Of a stretch of DNA of 64,000 nt, positions 52,349 to 62,642 are shown one piece after another. This DNA is from a virus. The notes beneath the pieces were generated by a model, which saw nothing but the letters and a program-made list of their open reading frames with translations, was not told the DNA's origin and searched no databases. Every line of letters starts with the position of its first letter. Positions within the stretch are counted from its first letter, which is position 1. The stretch is from the IMG/VR virus record IMGVR_UViG_3300028840_006004, positions 1 through 64,000 of that record; one strand, given 5' to 3'. The position numbers and the translations under genes were made by a program.

Positions 52349-53197
52349 TTAAGCCTCTATTTTTGCTTTCATTTCTTCCAATAAACGTCCCCATTTTGAC
52401 ACACTCGAATCATTATCTCTCTTGGCAATGAAGCGAAGGAATTCAGTTGAATCAGAGCAAATGAATTTCTGACCATCATAATATCCGTCAGGACGGCGGG
52501 CAAGGATCTTTTTCTCTACCAATTGGGAGAAGAAAATAAGATCTTTACCTTGTTCTGAGAATATTCTTACGATCGAAGCAGGATCCCGCTCGGCTTGTTT
52601 GAGCAGAACCTCTTTGAGCCTGTTTGAATTCATTGGCCTCCAGTCAACATGGAAACCCTGTACTGAAAGGTTTAAAGCCATTACAAGTTCTGAGTACTCA
52701 CTAACATTAGCCTCCTCGTGAATCTTCTTCTGAGCCGCGTAGACTTCATCGGCCTGTGAAACAAAGAGCTTGGCAGCCTCTTCTTTATCATCGAGATAAA
52801 ACTTGTGCGTTGACTGTGCTTTAGCTTCAGTCGGCGCAACCAGGCTTGTCTGCTCAATAATAAATTGTGCCTCCCAATAATCTTTGGGATTCACCGGTAT
52901 ACCCTTGTCGTCTAACCGACAATCGTATGGCTTGTTATGAATAATCAGAACAGTAGTATGCTGATCTATCCTGGGCGAGAATTTAGCCTTTCTTGCTTTA
53001 GGAGCGACTTCAATCTCTCCGATGATCTCTTCTTGAGTCAGAAAACCTGTTCTATCCGGATCTGATGGATCAGCATGCTGTCCTGTAACGTAAATGTTCA
53101 ACTTTGTGTCTAACGGTGCTACTGCAGGATAGGGTGTTGAACGATACTTCCTATCGTGTGCAATGAAGCGTACAATCTTTCCGTCTAATTTTCTCAT
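52349..53197 (-). CDS. conserved crAss-like protein downstream of the MCP
   Basis: 282 aa; called from gene order only. Confidence 0.55.
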   Translation of the reverse strand: MRKLDGKIVRFIAHDRKYRSTPYPAVAPLDTKLNIYVTGQHADPSDPDRTGFLTQEEIIGEIEVAPKARKAKFSPRIDQHTTVLIIHNKPYDCRLDDKGIPVNPKDYWEAQFIIEQTSLVAPTEAKAQSTHKFYLDDKEEAAKLFVSQADEVYAAQKKIHEEANVSEYSELVMALNLSVQGFHVDWRPMNSNRLKEVLLKQAERDPASIVRIFSEQGKDLIFFSQLVEKKILARRPDGYYDGQKFICSDSTEFLRFIAKRDNDSSVSKWGRLLEEMKAKIEA

Positions 53198-53239
53198 TTT
53201 TTCTCTGTTAATCTAAGTTATAATTAAAATAATCAACTA

Positions 53240-54712
53240 CTATGAGTTGTAAGGTCTGAATATACGATAAATTTTGTGACGTGAAATAATACCTGACTGT
53301 ACAAGTACATGTTTTGAGGTACCATCAACTGAAGAAGCCATTTCACCACCTTTGTCAATACCGCTCACGGTACCAGACTTAGCTGGACGAAGCTGGATCA
53401 ATTCCAGTCCTTTGTCACCTGTTTCAGTCATTCCCATAGGAACAACGAAACCGTCCCATGAACCTTTGGTAGATCCATCAGACAAATATTTGTTTGGACG
53501 CTCAATTGAGTCGAACCAGCGAATGCGTTTTGGAATGATGCGAACATCACCATACTGATAGTATGCGTAGTCCATATTAACGCCTTTGTCAGAACCGTCA
53601 CCAACAACATTGTTATTCTGTGTGACAAAACCTTTGTCGGCCATATAATCAGCAAATCCCTGGATCAGCTCCCATCCACCTGCAAGCAGGACTTCTTTAT
53701 GCCCGTCTTTACCGGCACGAATGTCGATATCACGTAGCAATCCATGGAGGAATTTCTGTGTCCAGCCATTCATCGGTTTGTCATAAGCACCTTCACCTTG
53801 GTACAACAGTCCGTCACCACCCATGATCTCACGACCACGTTTGTCTTTCAGGATTGTTTCACCGTCAACTGTTACAGTTGAACGACCAAAGATCATTTGG
53901 TACTCGTGATACGCTGCAATGCGTTTCCACATTGTTTTCTCAGCATAATCGATGTAACCGGTAACATTTTGACCTTTCGCATTCTGGAAAGCATACCAGG
54001 AAGCATCAGCACCCATAGCAGCTGCGGTACCTGAATAGCTCATCTTAACCCTTTGCAGAGTCATGTAAGCGTGTCCCCAACCATCATAAGTATACTTCTC
54101 GTGGCCTGTTTCTGAAAAGTCGTGCTCATACATGGTCATACCAACACCTGTTTCATTTCCTTCTTCGAAGAGAGCAGTATTAAATGAATCGGATTTTTCG
54201 TTGGTGACAAGCTTGATAGCATAGATCCATGCACCATTGACCTCAATCGGTTCTTCATGGTCATAAATGAATCCTTTGGTTTCGTTATCATTGAACTCAA
54301 GAACTTCATTTGGGCGAGCCCAGTTCGAGTCAAGAGCAATATAAACAACGGATTGGTATTTACCTGGCTCAGTTGTATAAGCTGGGCAATAATATGTGGC
54401 TGATGCAGCTCCACCAACTACTGTCATGTCGGCTGCGATCAGACGAGGTTTACGAACATCACTGTTCTTGATTGGATACATTACATGGTTACTCTTAACC
54501 ACGCGATATGCGCTTGTGTTCATTCCGTCCACAAGACCTTTCGATGTCAGCCCTTTGGCTGCAAGCAGCGCTGATAAAGGAGCTTCTTCATCTGCAAAAA
54601 CCTGCCACACACGAGGGAGTACATCAGGATTGTTAACCGCGGCACGAATCAGGGAATACGAACTTATACTCTCACCTGCAACGTCTAACGGTTGACCTGG
54701 TAATAATCTCAT
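53240..54712 (-). CDS. major capsid protein
   Basis: 490 aa; follows portal and scaffold; ends ...GEMASSVDGTSKHVLVQSGII; contains REIMGGDGLLYQ. Confidence 0.85.
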   Translation of the reverse strand: MRLLPGQPLDVAGESISSYSLIRAAVNNPDVLPRVWQVFADEEAPLSALLAAKGLTSKGLVDGMNTSAYRVVKSNHVMYPIKNSDVRKPRLIAADMTVVGGAASATYYCPAYTTEPGKYQSVVYIALDSNWARPNEVLEFNDNETKGFIYDHEEPIEVNGAWIYAIKLVTNEKSDSFNTALFEEGNETGVGMTMYEHDFSETGHEKYTYDGWGHAYMTLQRVKMSYSGTAAAMGADASWYAFQNAKGQNVTGYIDYAEKTMWKRIAAYHEYQMIFGRSTVTVDGETILKDKRGREIMGGDGLLYQGEGAYDKPMNGWTQKFLHGLLRDIDIRAGKDGHKEVLLAGGWELIQGFADYMADKGFVTQNNNVVGDGSDKGVNMDYAYYQYGDVRIIPKRIRWFDSIERPNKYLSDGSTKGSWDGFVVPMGMTETGDKGLELIQLRPAKSGTVSGIDKGGEMASSVDGTSKHVLVQSGIISRHKIYRIFRPYNS

Positions 54713-54735
54713 TTTTTTAAGATTTAAAAATTAAA

Positions 54736-55767
54736 TTAAGCAAAATCCTCCGGCTTCGGAACTGCAACTGTATGCAGCGAGCCATCTTGTTTTCTTGGAG
54801 CAAGTCTGGTTTTGTCTAATAATTCTTGCTTATACTCTTCTTTGAAGTTGCTGAGAAAATTCTTCAGCCCTCCCTCACTCTGTTTCAATTTATGATAAAT
54901 GAAAAGAGTGTCATATAAGACTTCATCATCACTGAATAATTCGCGTGTCCTGGAGTAACCTGTTTCAGGATTAATCTCAACAGCATCAGTGAAAATTTGT
55001 TTGAACGCTTCCTGTTCCTGTGGCGTGTGTGGAATTCCTCCGATATCCGTAGCGGAAGCTTTTTTTGCGAACAGCGCATCGACTGTCTGTTTCACCGTAG
55101 TAGCATTTGCTTTCTCAGCTTCAACCCGGATATTCTCCGATAACTTTGCCTGGTGCTTTTCGTTTTCCAGGTCAATGTTTTGATATAACTGATTTTTACG
55201 CTCATTGGCTTTCGTATCCCTGTCAATGGGGTTCATATTGTCTACATAGGATTCAACATCTTCCCTGGTCCATCCATTAGGATTTTCCTCTGTTTTTCCA
55301 TTTTCTTGAATCAAACTCTGAATGAGAAAATCTCTGCTCGGCATTGCTTTTACCGTTTCGGCAAGCATTTGCTGACGGATAAACTCTTCAGAATTTAAGC
55401 CTTGTTCTTTTGCCTTGTTATAAGACTGAACAAATGGATCATCAGTTGAAGATGTTACCCCGCTGGTAACATTCTGTTTAAAAAAATCATACTGCTCCTG
55501 AGGTGACATTGTTGAAAAGTTTTCAGGGAGAGTAAACTCTTTCCCATTAATTTTCATGTCATTCAAAAACGCAGTATTAAAGTCTGCAGCCGGTGTTGGA
55601 TCCGCTGGCGGGTCTTTTGGCGGGTCTGCGGGTGGAGTTGCCGGTGGATTAGCTGGTGGGCTTGCCGGCGATGTTGGATTAGGATCTGGTGTCGGCGGAT
55701 TTGCCGGGCCTGGAGGCTGTGGTCCGTTAATGGACTCCTCAATAGAAATAAATTTACTTCCTTCCAT
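54736..55767 (-). CDS. putative scaffolding protein
   Basis: Between portal and MCP; Pro-rich disordered N-terminus and acidic helical body. Confidence 0.65.
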   Translation of the reverse strand: MEGSKFISIEESINGPQPPGPANPPTPDPNPTSPASPPANPPATPPADPPKDPPADPTPAADFNTAFLNDMKINGKEFTLPENFSTMSPQEQYDFFKQNVTSGVTSSTDDPFVQSYNKAKEQGLNSEEFIRQQMLAETVKAMPSRDFLIQSLIQENGKTEENPNGWTREDVESYVDNMNPIDRDTKANERKNQLYQNIDLENEKHQAKLSENIRVEAEKANATTVKQTVDALFAKKASATDIGGIPHTPQEQEAFKQIFTDAVEINPETGYSRTRELFSDDEVLYDTLFIYHKLKQSEGGLKNFLSNFKEEYKQELLDKTRLAPRKQDGSLHTVAVPKPEDFA

Positions 55768-55771
55768 GGTA

Positions 55772-55802
55772 CAAAATTAATTTAAAATTTAAAAAATATC
55801 AA
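55772..55802 (-). promoter_or_regulatory. Bacteroidota primary-sigma promoter for the scaffold/MCP operon
   Basis: Minus strand TTG (55802-55800), 20-nt spacer, TAATTTTG (55779-55772); ATG 4 nt downstream. Confidence 0.6.
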
Positions 55803-55823
55803 TAAGTGTCATAATTTATAATT

Positions 55824-58376
55824 TTAACCAACCTGAATGCCTCTCGACACTCCAGTTGTTTTTAACAATGCTTCTAATTGTAATTCGGAAGTTTTCAAGA
55901 TCTCATCTGCCCTGTTTGCTCTTTCAACTTCTGACTGCTTACGATCTTCAGCCATTATATCGCTCGCGTCTTTATTTGCTTTTAGTGCAGTATCGCTCGC
56001 ATCCTTCTGGATTTTTGCATCTGTTTCTCTCTCCTTGATATCGAGTTCGCGGTTCTTCAGATATTCATCGATTTTTATCTTGGCTTCCTGCAGTTTGGTT
56101 TCCATTGCTTTCATCTGAGCCTCGAACTGTTGTTCCATTGCAGTTTGCTTTTCTTTTGCTTTCGCCTCAGCCTCGATTGTGCCAAGCGCATTCAATCTTG
56201 CGATTTCCTGCTGTTTCTCTGTCTGCAACTCAACCAGGTGCTCCATTTCTTTAATAGAATCAATGGAAAATATATTGAATAGAAATTCAAATGGAAGATT
56301 TCCGTTTGCAGTCATTTGAGCTGACATGCGTTTAAGTTCATCAAGGTCCATATCCTGTTTTGATGAATTCAAAAGCTTCATTCGGAATTTTCTGTCAGGC
56401 ATATCCCAGGGAATCCTGATTAGTTCAGTTTCTTCATCGGATACATCAACAACCTGGTTTGGCTTATATCCATACTGCATGGCCAGATTAAGTAACGCTT
56501 CTTGTGCCTTGATCTCAATCTGGTCATGTTCAGCATAGAGGATCTCTGTAACCAACGCAGCCTGACGGTTGCTTTGATCAAAAGTTCCAACTTGGTCTGT
56601 TGCTTGCACTTCTCCTTGCCGTTGACGTGGCACACCCATTATAGTACCAATTTGGTATTCGATGCCCTGCAAGATTGCCTCGAAATACTGAATTGAATTG
56701 GTTAGCGTCTGATCTACACGGCTGAATTGATTATATGAAAGATTTTTCCTTGCTCCTGTTTTTGTTAAAGTCTGAATTAGGTAACGGCCAAGCTTCATGT
56801 GATAAAACCATTCTTCTTTAGTCATACCATCAGGTTTCTGGCTGAGGTCAAAGACAACACCAGAAGCACCTGCGAGAGCGAATGTCAGTTCCCTATGGTA
56901 TGTTACTATCCAGTACTGTTTTTGCAGTTCTGTCGTGGCCCATATAATTGAATAAGGAAACTCACCGATACCATTATATGTTCTGCCGACTATCGGCAAT
57001 GGAGTGTAGTGGTAATTGTCGTGAGGATGTGGCTGAACCATATCCTCTCCTTCTAAAAGAAGAACATTTCCAATATTTACTCCCCAGTATCGTTTATCAA
57101 AATACCTGGTTTCCTTAGTTTGTCCTTTGGATGAGTTATAGGTTTTTACTTCATCTTTTTTTCTTTCGATGCCTGTCTTTTTATCCCGGTAAATATTTTC
57201 TTTCTGATCAAATTCGTTTTCCTGGGTATCGATCAGATCCCTGTCGGTAACGAACATTGTAAGCTTTTGATCTTTGTTGTATTTATTTGGTGATTGAATT
57301 GCCTCGAGCTTTTGATCACATCTCCACCATACCTGACGTACACGGATACCTTCTCCGGTAATATTGTATTTGCGGGACTGGTCATCTCTTTTGTTATCAA
57401 GAACAACAACCTGTCCAGGACCAGTAACGAATGCTCCCTGCTGGGAACTTTCGATAAAGGATATTCCATCGAGCGTTTTCAATTGAGTTGCATCAAGATT
57501 CCAGTTGTTGCGGATCTGCTCTTTGGTCATGTGGGACTCAACCATAATCCAGGGAAGATCCTGTGTCCATTTGATTGATTCGATATTTGGATAATAAACA
57601 CGATATGGGTTAACCGCAGCATATTCGAGCTCATCTAACCTGGCATTGTAATTCACATAATAATACTCCCTTCCAACAACAACCTTATTTCTCATATTCT
57701 CAAGGCTGACATCTTTGGCATCCATTTCCTCGCGTATTTTCACCAATAATTTATGAGCATATACCTCATATAAATCCTGATAATCGTCTTTTATCTTGTT
57801 TTGAAATTTATCATGCTCTTCTTTAGTCAACTCCATTGCCGTTGTCATATTATCAGTAACAAGTTGTATGTTGAACTTAATCTGAGGAAGAGCTTCGCGA
57901 ATCATGGATTGCTGCTGTTGAATTTCTGCATTTTCAGCTGGCTCTTGAAGAACCTGCTCCATTTGAGCTACTTGTTGATTTAATTGCGTGATTTGAAATT
58001 CTATTGTGCGATATTTTTGGTTTAGAAGAGATGTGTACATCATCATCATTGCCTTGTAAAGCCGGCTGATCTTTTCGTTGATCCCATGCTTATCGATGAT
58101 TCTTATACCGTATCGTGGATTTCGTAAGGATTGTTGTGATAGCAGGATATTTGCCTTAGATCGTTGTATTGGAATTCTGCGGATCTTTGCCGGTAATGAG
58201 AATTCACCGACCTGGGTAAGAAAAGTAAATTCCTGTTCATCACCCGTATTATTAAACATTTGCCAGCATTCATCATCCCGGGCCCTTAAATAACTATTGT
58301 CTACTCTTTCAGTAAGCTGTTTGACGACTTTTTTCCTGCCGTCAGAGGTTTTGGATAATTTTTCAATATTGTCCAT
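55824..58376 (-). CDS. portal protein
   Basis: 850 aa, directly after the terminase; IMGVPRQRQGEV and coiled-coil C-terminus as in crAss/P22-like portals. Confidence 0.85.
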   Translation of the reverse strand: MDNIEKLSKTSDGRKKVVKQLTERVDNSYLRARDDECWQMFNNTGDEQEFTFLTQVGEFSLPAKIRRIPIQRSKANILLSQQSLRNPRYGIRIIDKHGINEKISRLYKAMMMMYTSLLNQKYRTIEFQITQLNQQVAQMEQVLQEPAENAEIQQQQSMIREALPQIKFNIQLVTDNMTTAMELTKEEHDKFQNKIKDDYQDLYEVYAHKLLVKIREEMDAKDVSLENMRNKVVVGREYYYVNYNARLDELEYAAVNPYRVYYPNIESIKWTQDLPWIMVESHMTKEQIRNNWNLDATQLKTLDGISFIESSQQGAFVTGPGQVVVLDNKRDDQSRKYNITGEGIRVRQVWWRCDQKLEAIQSPNKYNKDQKLTMFVTDRDLIDTQENEFDQKENIYRDKKTGIERKKDEVKTYNSSKGQTKETRYFDKRYWGVNIGNVLLLEGEDMVQPHPHDNYHYTPLPIVGRTYNGIGEFPYSIIWATTELQKQYWIVTYHRELTFALAGASGVVFDLSQKPDGMTKEEWFYHMKLGRYLIQTLTKTGARKNLSYNQFSRVDQTLTNSIQYFEAILQGIEYQIGTIMGVPRQRQGEVQATDQVGTFDQSNRQAALVTEILYAEHDQIEIKAQEALLNLAMQYGYKPNQVVDVSDEETELIRIPWDMPDRKFRMKLLNSSKQDMDLDELKRMSAQMTANGNLPFEFLFNIFSIDSIKEMEHLVELQTEKQQEIARLNALGTIEAEAKAKEKQTAMEQQFEAQMKAMETKLQEAKIKIDEYLKNRELDIKERETDAKIQKDASDTALKANKDASDIMAEDRKQSEVERANRADEILKTSELQLEALLKTTGVSRGIQVG

Positions 58377-58391
58377 AACTCATTTCGAGAT

Positions 58392-60485
58392 TTACCATGT
58401 TTGAACTATTTTTCCTCCTTGCATTTTGAAGACAGGCATGCCTTCATCAGCTTCAATCTCGGATTCTGAAATAACTTCCATTTCTCTAATATCTTCTGCA
58501 TAGGTTTCACAAAGTGATGTAGAAATGGTAATATCACAATTGTACCTGATCCTACCCGGTGCATATTTAAACTTAGCCCAGGCTTTCAATAACTCAGGAA
58601 ACATGCATTTTTCAATATTTTCTCTCACGTTCAGGTATTCTGCCATCATCGTAAGCCAATGTATCTTAGTCGAAGGATCAATTCCATAAAAATTGGCACC
58701 CTTTGATTTCTCGATCATCTTTGCAAGAACGAATTCAGGACGCTCTTTAAGCAGTCCTTCAAGCCCGTTTCTGATGTACCATTCTGTAATCAGAATTTTA
58801 CTCCACTCAACGAGATTTTTACAAAAGTAATACATTGTTAATAGAGCTGTATGCTCGTAGAATAAATTTTTACCTCCCTCAGCTGTCTTAGGCCTTTCAA
58901 CAACACCTGCTACATAAGTATTATAGGTCGATTCAGAGTTCAAGAATCTTTTTTTCACCCAACAACTTCCCTGAGATGTTGTTGTGTAGCTTTCATCCTG
59001 ATCATAACTGTCAGTAGCGGCTACATATAAATTATGGTATGGATTTCCATCTCTATCACGAATAGGATGTTCAGCGATCATAAACGGACCTTCCGGATCA
59101 GCTTCAAAATAAACACCTTTCCATGGATCCTTACGATCTTTCCACCTTAACCAGCCACGCTCGACAATCTGTTCTTCGCGGTGAGTCTGAATGTGAGCAA
59201 GACGCTCGTTGCACCAGTTTGCGACTTCTTCGCCGAAGAAACCACCTGTTTTGATGAGAAAAGCGTCTGATGCATAGAGCGCCTGCTGTGTGATATGAGT
59301 ATAACGATCTTTTGGCTTTTTAGTCTTTCGATCTGCCAGGACTTTTTCTCTTCCAAGCTGTTTGAATGAATTACCATCGTCATCGATAATCGTAAACAGA
59401 TCTGCTGGAGTAAAGTGGCCTGTCCTTGCAGTAACATTTTCATCACGGTCCCATTCGTTTTCAAAACTCAGCGCATTGATAGCATCAGGATCGTAGTGGA
59501 AATCCTGAAGATCCTGGGCACCTTCTTCCATATCACCACCGGTTCCGATATAGAGGGCGTAACCGGTCTTTACACCCTCTGCATTCAGTGAGGCTTCAAC
59601 AAATTCCCTTGCTTCTTTGATCAGACCGGCCTTCCATTTTCCTACCTCTTCGTATACAACGAAAGATGGAGAGAAACGTGAAAGGGCTTGCGCGTTATCC
59701 TTACAGGATATCGAGCGGATCTCAGAGCGGAAGTTCTTGGCCCTCCAGTAATCAGATTTATTTTTATCTCTTTCTTTATAGAATTGAGTATTGACTAATT
59801 GACGTAAGCCACGTTGGGTTCTTTCCATGGTATAGTCAGCATCATCTGACATACCACCAGCAACAATATTGAGAGAGGATCTATGAAACGTATAGTTATA
59901 TCCCAGTTTGCAGGAGAGCTTCTCTGACATCCCCTGCTGGCGGGACTTTGCCTCTATACCGTCTTTTTCCTGTTCGACCATCATATCCAGCCTTCGCCAG
60001 AAAAAAAAATCAGTGTCCAGAAACTTTGGCGGAAGCACGTCTTTCCGCTTGGCATCATCCATCTTACGATAGATCTTCCAGAAATTTAGGTAAAAATAAT
60101 GTTCGCCCGTGATGTGAACTTCTCGATTGCGAATAAGTAAATCGTATTGCGGAATGTAGCAAGAATTTGGAGGGATTGTGTAATCGTATTTTTTAAGGTA
60201 TCGTGTTTCGGTTGTGCTATCATTCCAAAAACAGTGTTTTTCGTCAACGTATGCGTCACCTCCCTTTTCAATAGCCGCTGGCACAGTATAACCCTCAACA
60301 CATCTTCGATATTGTTCATTCCACCACTCTGTATCAGTTACTATATTATGAGTTTCGATATAATCCTGATATCCTTTGGAAGTTTCAGGCACAGATTCAG
60401 GTTCATGGTGAAACAAATCGTATTCCCATGGCTTATCATCTCCAAAGATGACGGGTGAAAATCTCTTAGTGTCAACAAATCTCAT
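58392..60485 (-). CDS. terL: terminase large subunit
   Basis: HITGEHYFYLNF, AKSRQQGMS (Walker A), VVYEEVG (Walker B), IGTGG, nuclease ATDSYDQD. Confidence 0.92.
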   Translation of the reverse strand: MRFVDTKRFSPVIFGDDKPWEYDLFHHEPESVPETSKGYQDYIETHNIVTDTEWWNEQYRRCVEGYTVPAAIEKGGDAYVDEKHCFWNDSTTETRYLKKYDYTIPPNSCYIPQYDLLIRNREVHITGEHYFYLNFWKIYRKMDDAKRKDVLPPKFLDTDFFFWRRLDMMVEQEKDGIEAKSRQQGMSEKLSCKLGYNYTFHRSSLNIVAGGMSDDADYTMERTQRGLRQLVNTQFYKERDKNKSDYWRAKNFRSEIRSISCKDNAQALSRFSPSFVVYEEVGKWKAGLIKEAREFVEASLNAEGVKTGYALYIGTGGDMEEGAQDLQDFHYDPDAINALSFENEWDRDENVTARTGHFTPADLFTIIDDDGNSFKQLGREKVLADRKTKKPKDRYTHITQQALYASDAFLIKTGGFFGEEVANWCNERLAHIQTHREEQIVERGWLRWKDRKDPWKGVYFEADPEGPFMIAEHPIRDRDGNPYHNLYVAATDSYDQDESYTTTSQGSCWVKKRFLNSESTYNTYVAGVVERPKTAEGGKNLFYEHTALLTMYYFCKNLVEWSKILITEWYIRNGLEGLLKERPEFVLAKMIEKSKGANFYGIDPSTKIHWLTMMAEYLNVRENIEKCMFPELLKAWAKFKYAPGRIRYNCDITISTSLCETYAEDIREMEVISESEIEADEGMPVFKMQGGKIVQTW

Positions 60486-60686
60486 TTATTTCTTTTTCCA
60501 CTTTCTTGCATTAGCGGCAAATGTGGCTTTTTTTCTTATTGCCGATGAGGATGACCTTTTTCCTGCAGCAATACAGTCTGAAGTTACTCCCCCATATCCT
60601 TTCTTTTTACACCAGTTGGTGAATGTTCCGCGTTTACTCGGTTTTATATAGATTGTTGACTTAGCTTTATTATTATGTAAGGCCAT
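60486..60686 (-). CDS. small basic protein
   Basis: IYIKPSKRGTFT...IRKKATFAANARKWK; fills the gap between its neighbours exactly. Confidence 0.7.
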   Translation of the reverse strand: MALHNNKAKSTIYIKPSKRGTFTNWCKKKGYGGVTSDCIAAGKRSSSSAIRKKATFAANARKWKKK

Positions 60687-60696
60687 GTCACTTATT

Positions 60697-61314
60697 TTAG
60701 TTGTCGAATTGTCGTGTTAAGGAAGTCTTTTTCAAATCATTTTCAATCTGCTCTTTTTTCAGAGCTTCTTTTAGAACAGCTTCACGCTTGAGCAGCTTAT
60801 CAATAACGTCCATCGCTTTAATTTTTTCTTCCGAATTATCGATTGTCACACGAACCGATAATGGAATAGTTTCCGTTTCCTCTTTCTCAGTTTTTTTCGA
60901 GTACCAGGTGACTTCCTTTTCTCCGATAACTCGAGCTGTTTTTGTCAGTTCAATCTTGGAAAGTTTATCCATCATTACTTCGATATCATTCAAGAGGCGG
61001 ATATAAATCTTCTCCTTAAAAGAATAACACATATCGATGTAAACATCGATGAGATCTTTCATTCCGGATATTCCTTTGAAATAACTCACGGTTTTATCCG
61101 GAAAGACCATCGTGACCACTTTTTTCTCTCTTTCCTTTGGCATGTAGTTTCGATATATCGAATCCCTGTGCCATACGTGATACACGAACCGCATCCATTT
61201 CTCAAAGGATACTTTATGATTACTTTTATCGGCTTTATAGACTTTTTTAACGATAGCGAGTTCCATGCCCTGCTCGTTTACTACTGCTTTTCCTTCTACC
61301 AGGCTTATAAACAT
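60697..61314 (-). CDS. hypothetical protein, terminase small subunit candidate
   Basis: 205 aa, helical, upstream of terL. Confidence 0.45.
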   Translation of the reverse strand: MFISLVEGKAVVNEQGMELAIVKKVYKADKSNHKVSFEKWMRFVYHVWHRDSIYRNYMPKEREKKVVTMVFPDKTVSYFKGISGMKDLIDVYIDMCYSFKEKIYIRLLNDIEVMMDKLSKIELTKTARVIGEKEVTWYSKKTEKEETETIPLSVRVTIDNSEEKIKAMDVIDKLLKREAVLKEALKKEQIENDLKKTSLTRQFDN

Positions 61315-61937
61315 TATTTCTTCTTCCTCCCCTTATTAAAGCACCAATACATAGTAACATACAGATCCCTGTTGAGTATATCATAATGAGCTGAATAAGC
61401 ATTTCTTTTCTTTGAAATGAACATAAAGGACGGTGCCAGTCCAAACTCGGTCGGCGATCGTCCAAGTCCGATTCCTCCGTAGAATTCAGCTTTATAAATT
61501 CTCTCAGTTCTTTCTACATAATGTGTATGAATGACAGGTTCATATAAAAAAGAACGGTGAACGATCCTATTCTCGCTCACCGAATCTTTGACTATTACTC
61601 TTCCATTGGTATCGTCTACCAATACATCTTCATAATAATTTATTGCATAATACTCAACGAATAATTGTTCGCATTGTTTAATGAATTCCAGTGTATCAAT
61701 ATTCTGCTCTTTCCATTGTATCAGAATCTTCGTAGATCCTGTATCCCTATACTTGATTTCCGGCACCTTCTCTATAACTGGATACGGAATGAGAGAATCT
61801 CTCCACTCGATAACATATTCAACATTATCATCACACGGCTCTGGTGAACTACATTCTCGTAAGAACATAATATAAACAAAGGCTGCTACAAGTAGCAACC
61901 CCATCACCATATTCATTGATTTACTTAGACTGATCAT
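61314..61937 (-). CDS. membrane-anchored spanin-like protein
   Basis: N-terminal TM followed by Cys; C-terminal amphipathic beta strands; adjacent to the holin. Confidence 0.5.
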   Translation of the reverse strand: MISLSKSMNMVMGLLLVAAFVYIMFLRECSSPEPCDDNVEYVIEWRDSLIPYPVIEKVPEIKYRDTGSTKILIQWKEQNIDTLEFIKQCEQLFVEYYAINYYEDVLVDDTNGRVIVKDSVSENRIVHRSFLYEPVIHTHYVERTERIYKAEFYGGIGLGRSPTEFGLAPSFMFISKKRNAYSAHYDILNRDLYVTMYWCFNKGRKKK

Positions 61938-62160
61938 TACGCATAGCTTTTTCGAGAATCTTAGTCTTGTCAGAACTTCCTTTTGAGCTACCGTAATGAT
62001 AATTGATTATTGTAGTGAATGCTGCGATTACTGCGCCTATCAAAAGATTGACTGCAGATTCATACTTTCCGGTGCTGATCAGATAGAACATGACTGAAAA
62101 AAACCCGAGGGTGACTACAATGGATAAACTGATCTTTATCCAGGATGTTACTTTCTCCAT
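61921..62160 (-). CDS. holin
   Basis: Two TM helices followed by YHYGSSKGSSDK. Confidence 0.7.
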   Translation of the reverse strand: MEKVTSWIKISLSIVVTLGFFSVMFYLISTGKYESAVNLLIGAVIAAFTTIINYHYGSSKGSSDKTKILEKAMRNDQSK

Positions 62161-62165
62161 AAGAT

Positions 62166-62642
62166 TTAATTTATTGGTAAACTATTATAATTCCACCAGA
62201 TCAGTCCGATTCCGACCAACAGGAAAAATACTTTGATCGCAATCTGTAATCCAGTGCTTTTTGTTACTTGATCAGTCTTGGCAACTGTACCCGTATAAAA
62301 GGGAAGCATGCCTCTAAACCAATTTAAATTCAGATCAAACCAGAACCATCTTATCGCAAAGGCGAGTTCTGCAAATATTAAAATCCACCAACTCAACCCA
62401 ACAAATGCAAAAATAAGCCAAGCGACAACCCATCCTTTGACAATAGAGTCAATTAGGTGCCATCGCTTGTTAGCCTTTAAAGATTTTTCTTGAAAATCTT
62501 TTTTAATATCAGGCGTTTTGAATTTTGCAGCCTTTACCGCAAACTGTTTGTCTTTTAAGACTTCTGAATCATGCCATGCATCCAATGTAAAATAACCCAG
62601 CAGGAAGACCACCAGGTAAATAATGATAAGTAAAATTGTCAT
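62166..62642 (-). CDS. multi-pass membrane protein
   Basis: About 4 hydrophobic segments; ATG 62642 overlaps the upstream stop. Confidence 0.7.
   Translation of the reverse strand: MTILLIIIYLVVFLLGYFTLDAWHDSEVLKDKQFAVKAAKFKTPDIKKDFQEKSLKANKRWHLIDSIVKGWVVAWLIFAFVGLSWWILIFAELAFAIRWFWFDLNLNWFRGMLPFYTGTVAKTDQVTKSTGLQIAIKVFFLLVGIGLIWWNYNSLPIN

Noticed and set aside
55590-55725. GC-rich quasi-repeats
   Set aside because: They encode the Pro-rich N-terminus of the scaffold protein; not a CRISPR array or iterons
17929-60485. Numerous short plus-strand ORFs antisense to structural genes
   Set aside because: Shadow ORFs of long minus-strand genes, rich in Ser/Ile/Phe, with no motifs
53240-60485. Introns or inteins in the terminase, portal or MCP genes
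   Set aside because: ORFs are continuous and of expected size, with no intein termini or homing-endonuclease motifs seen
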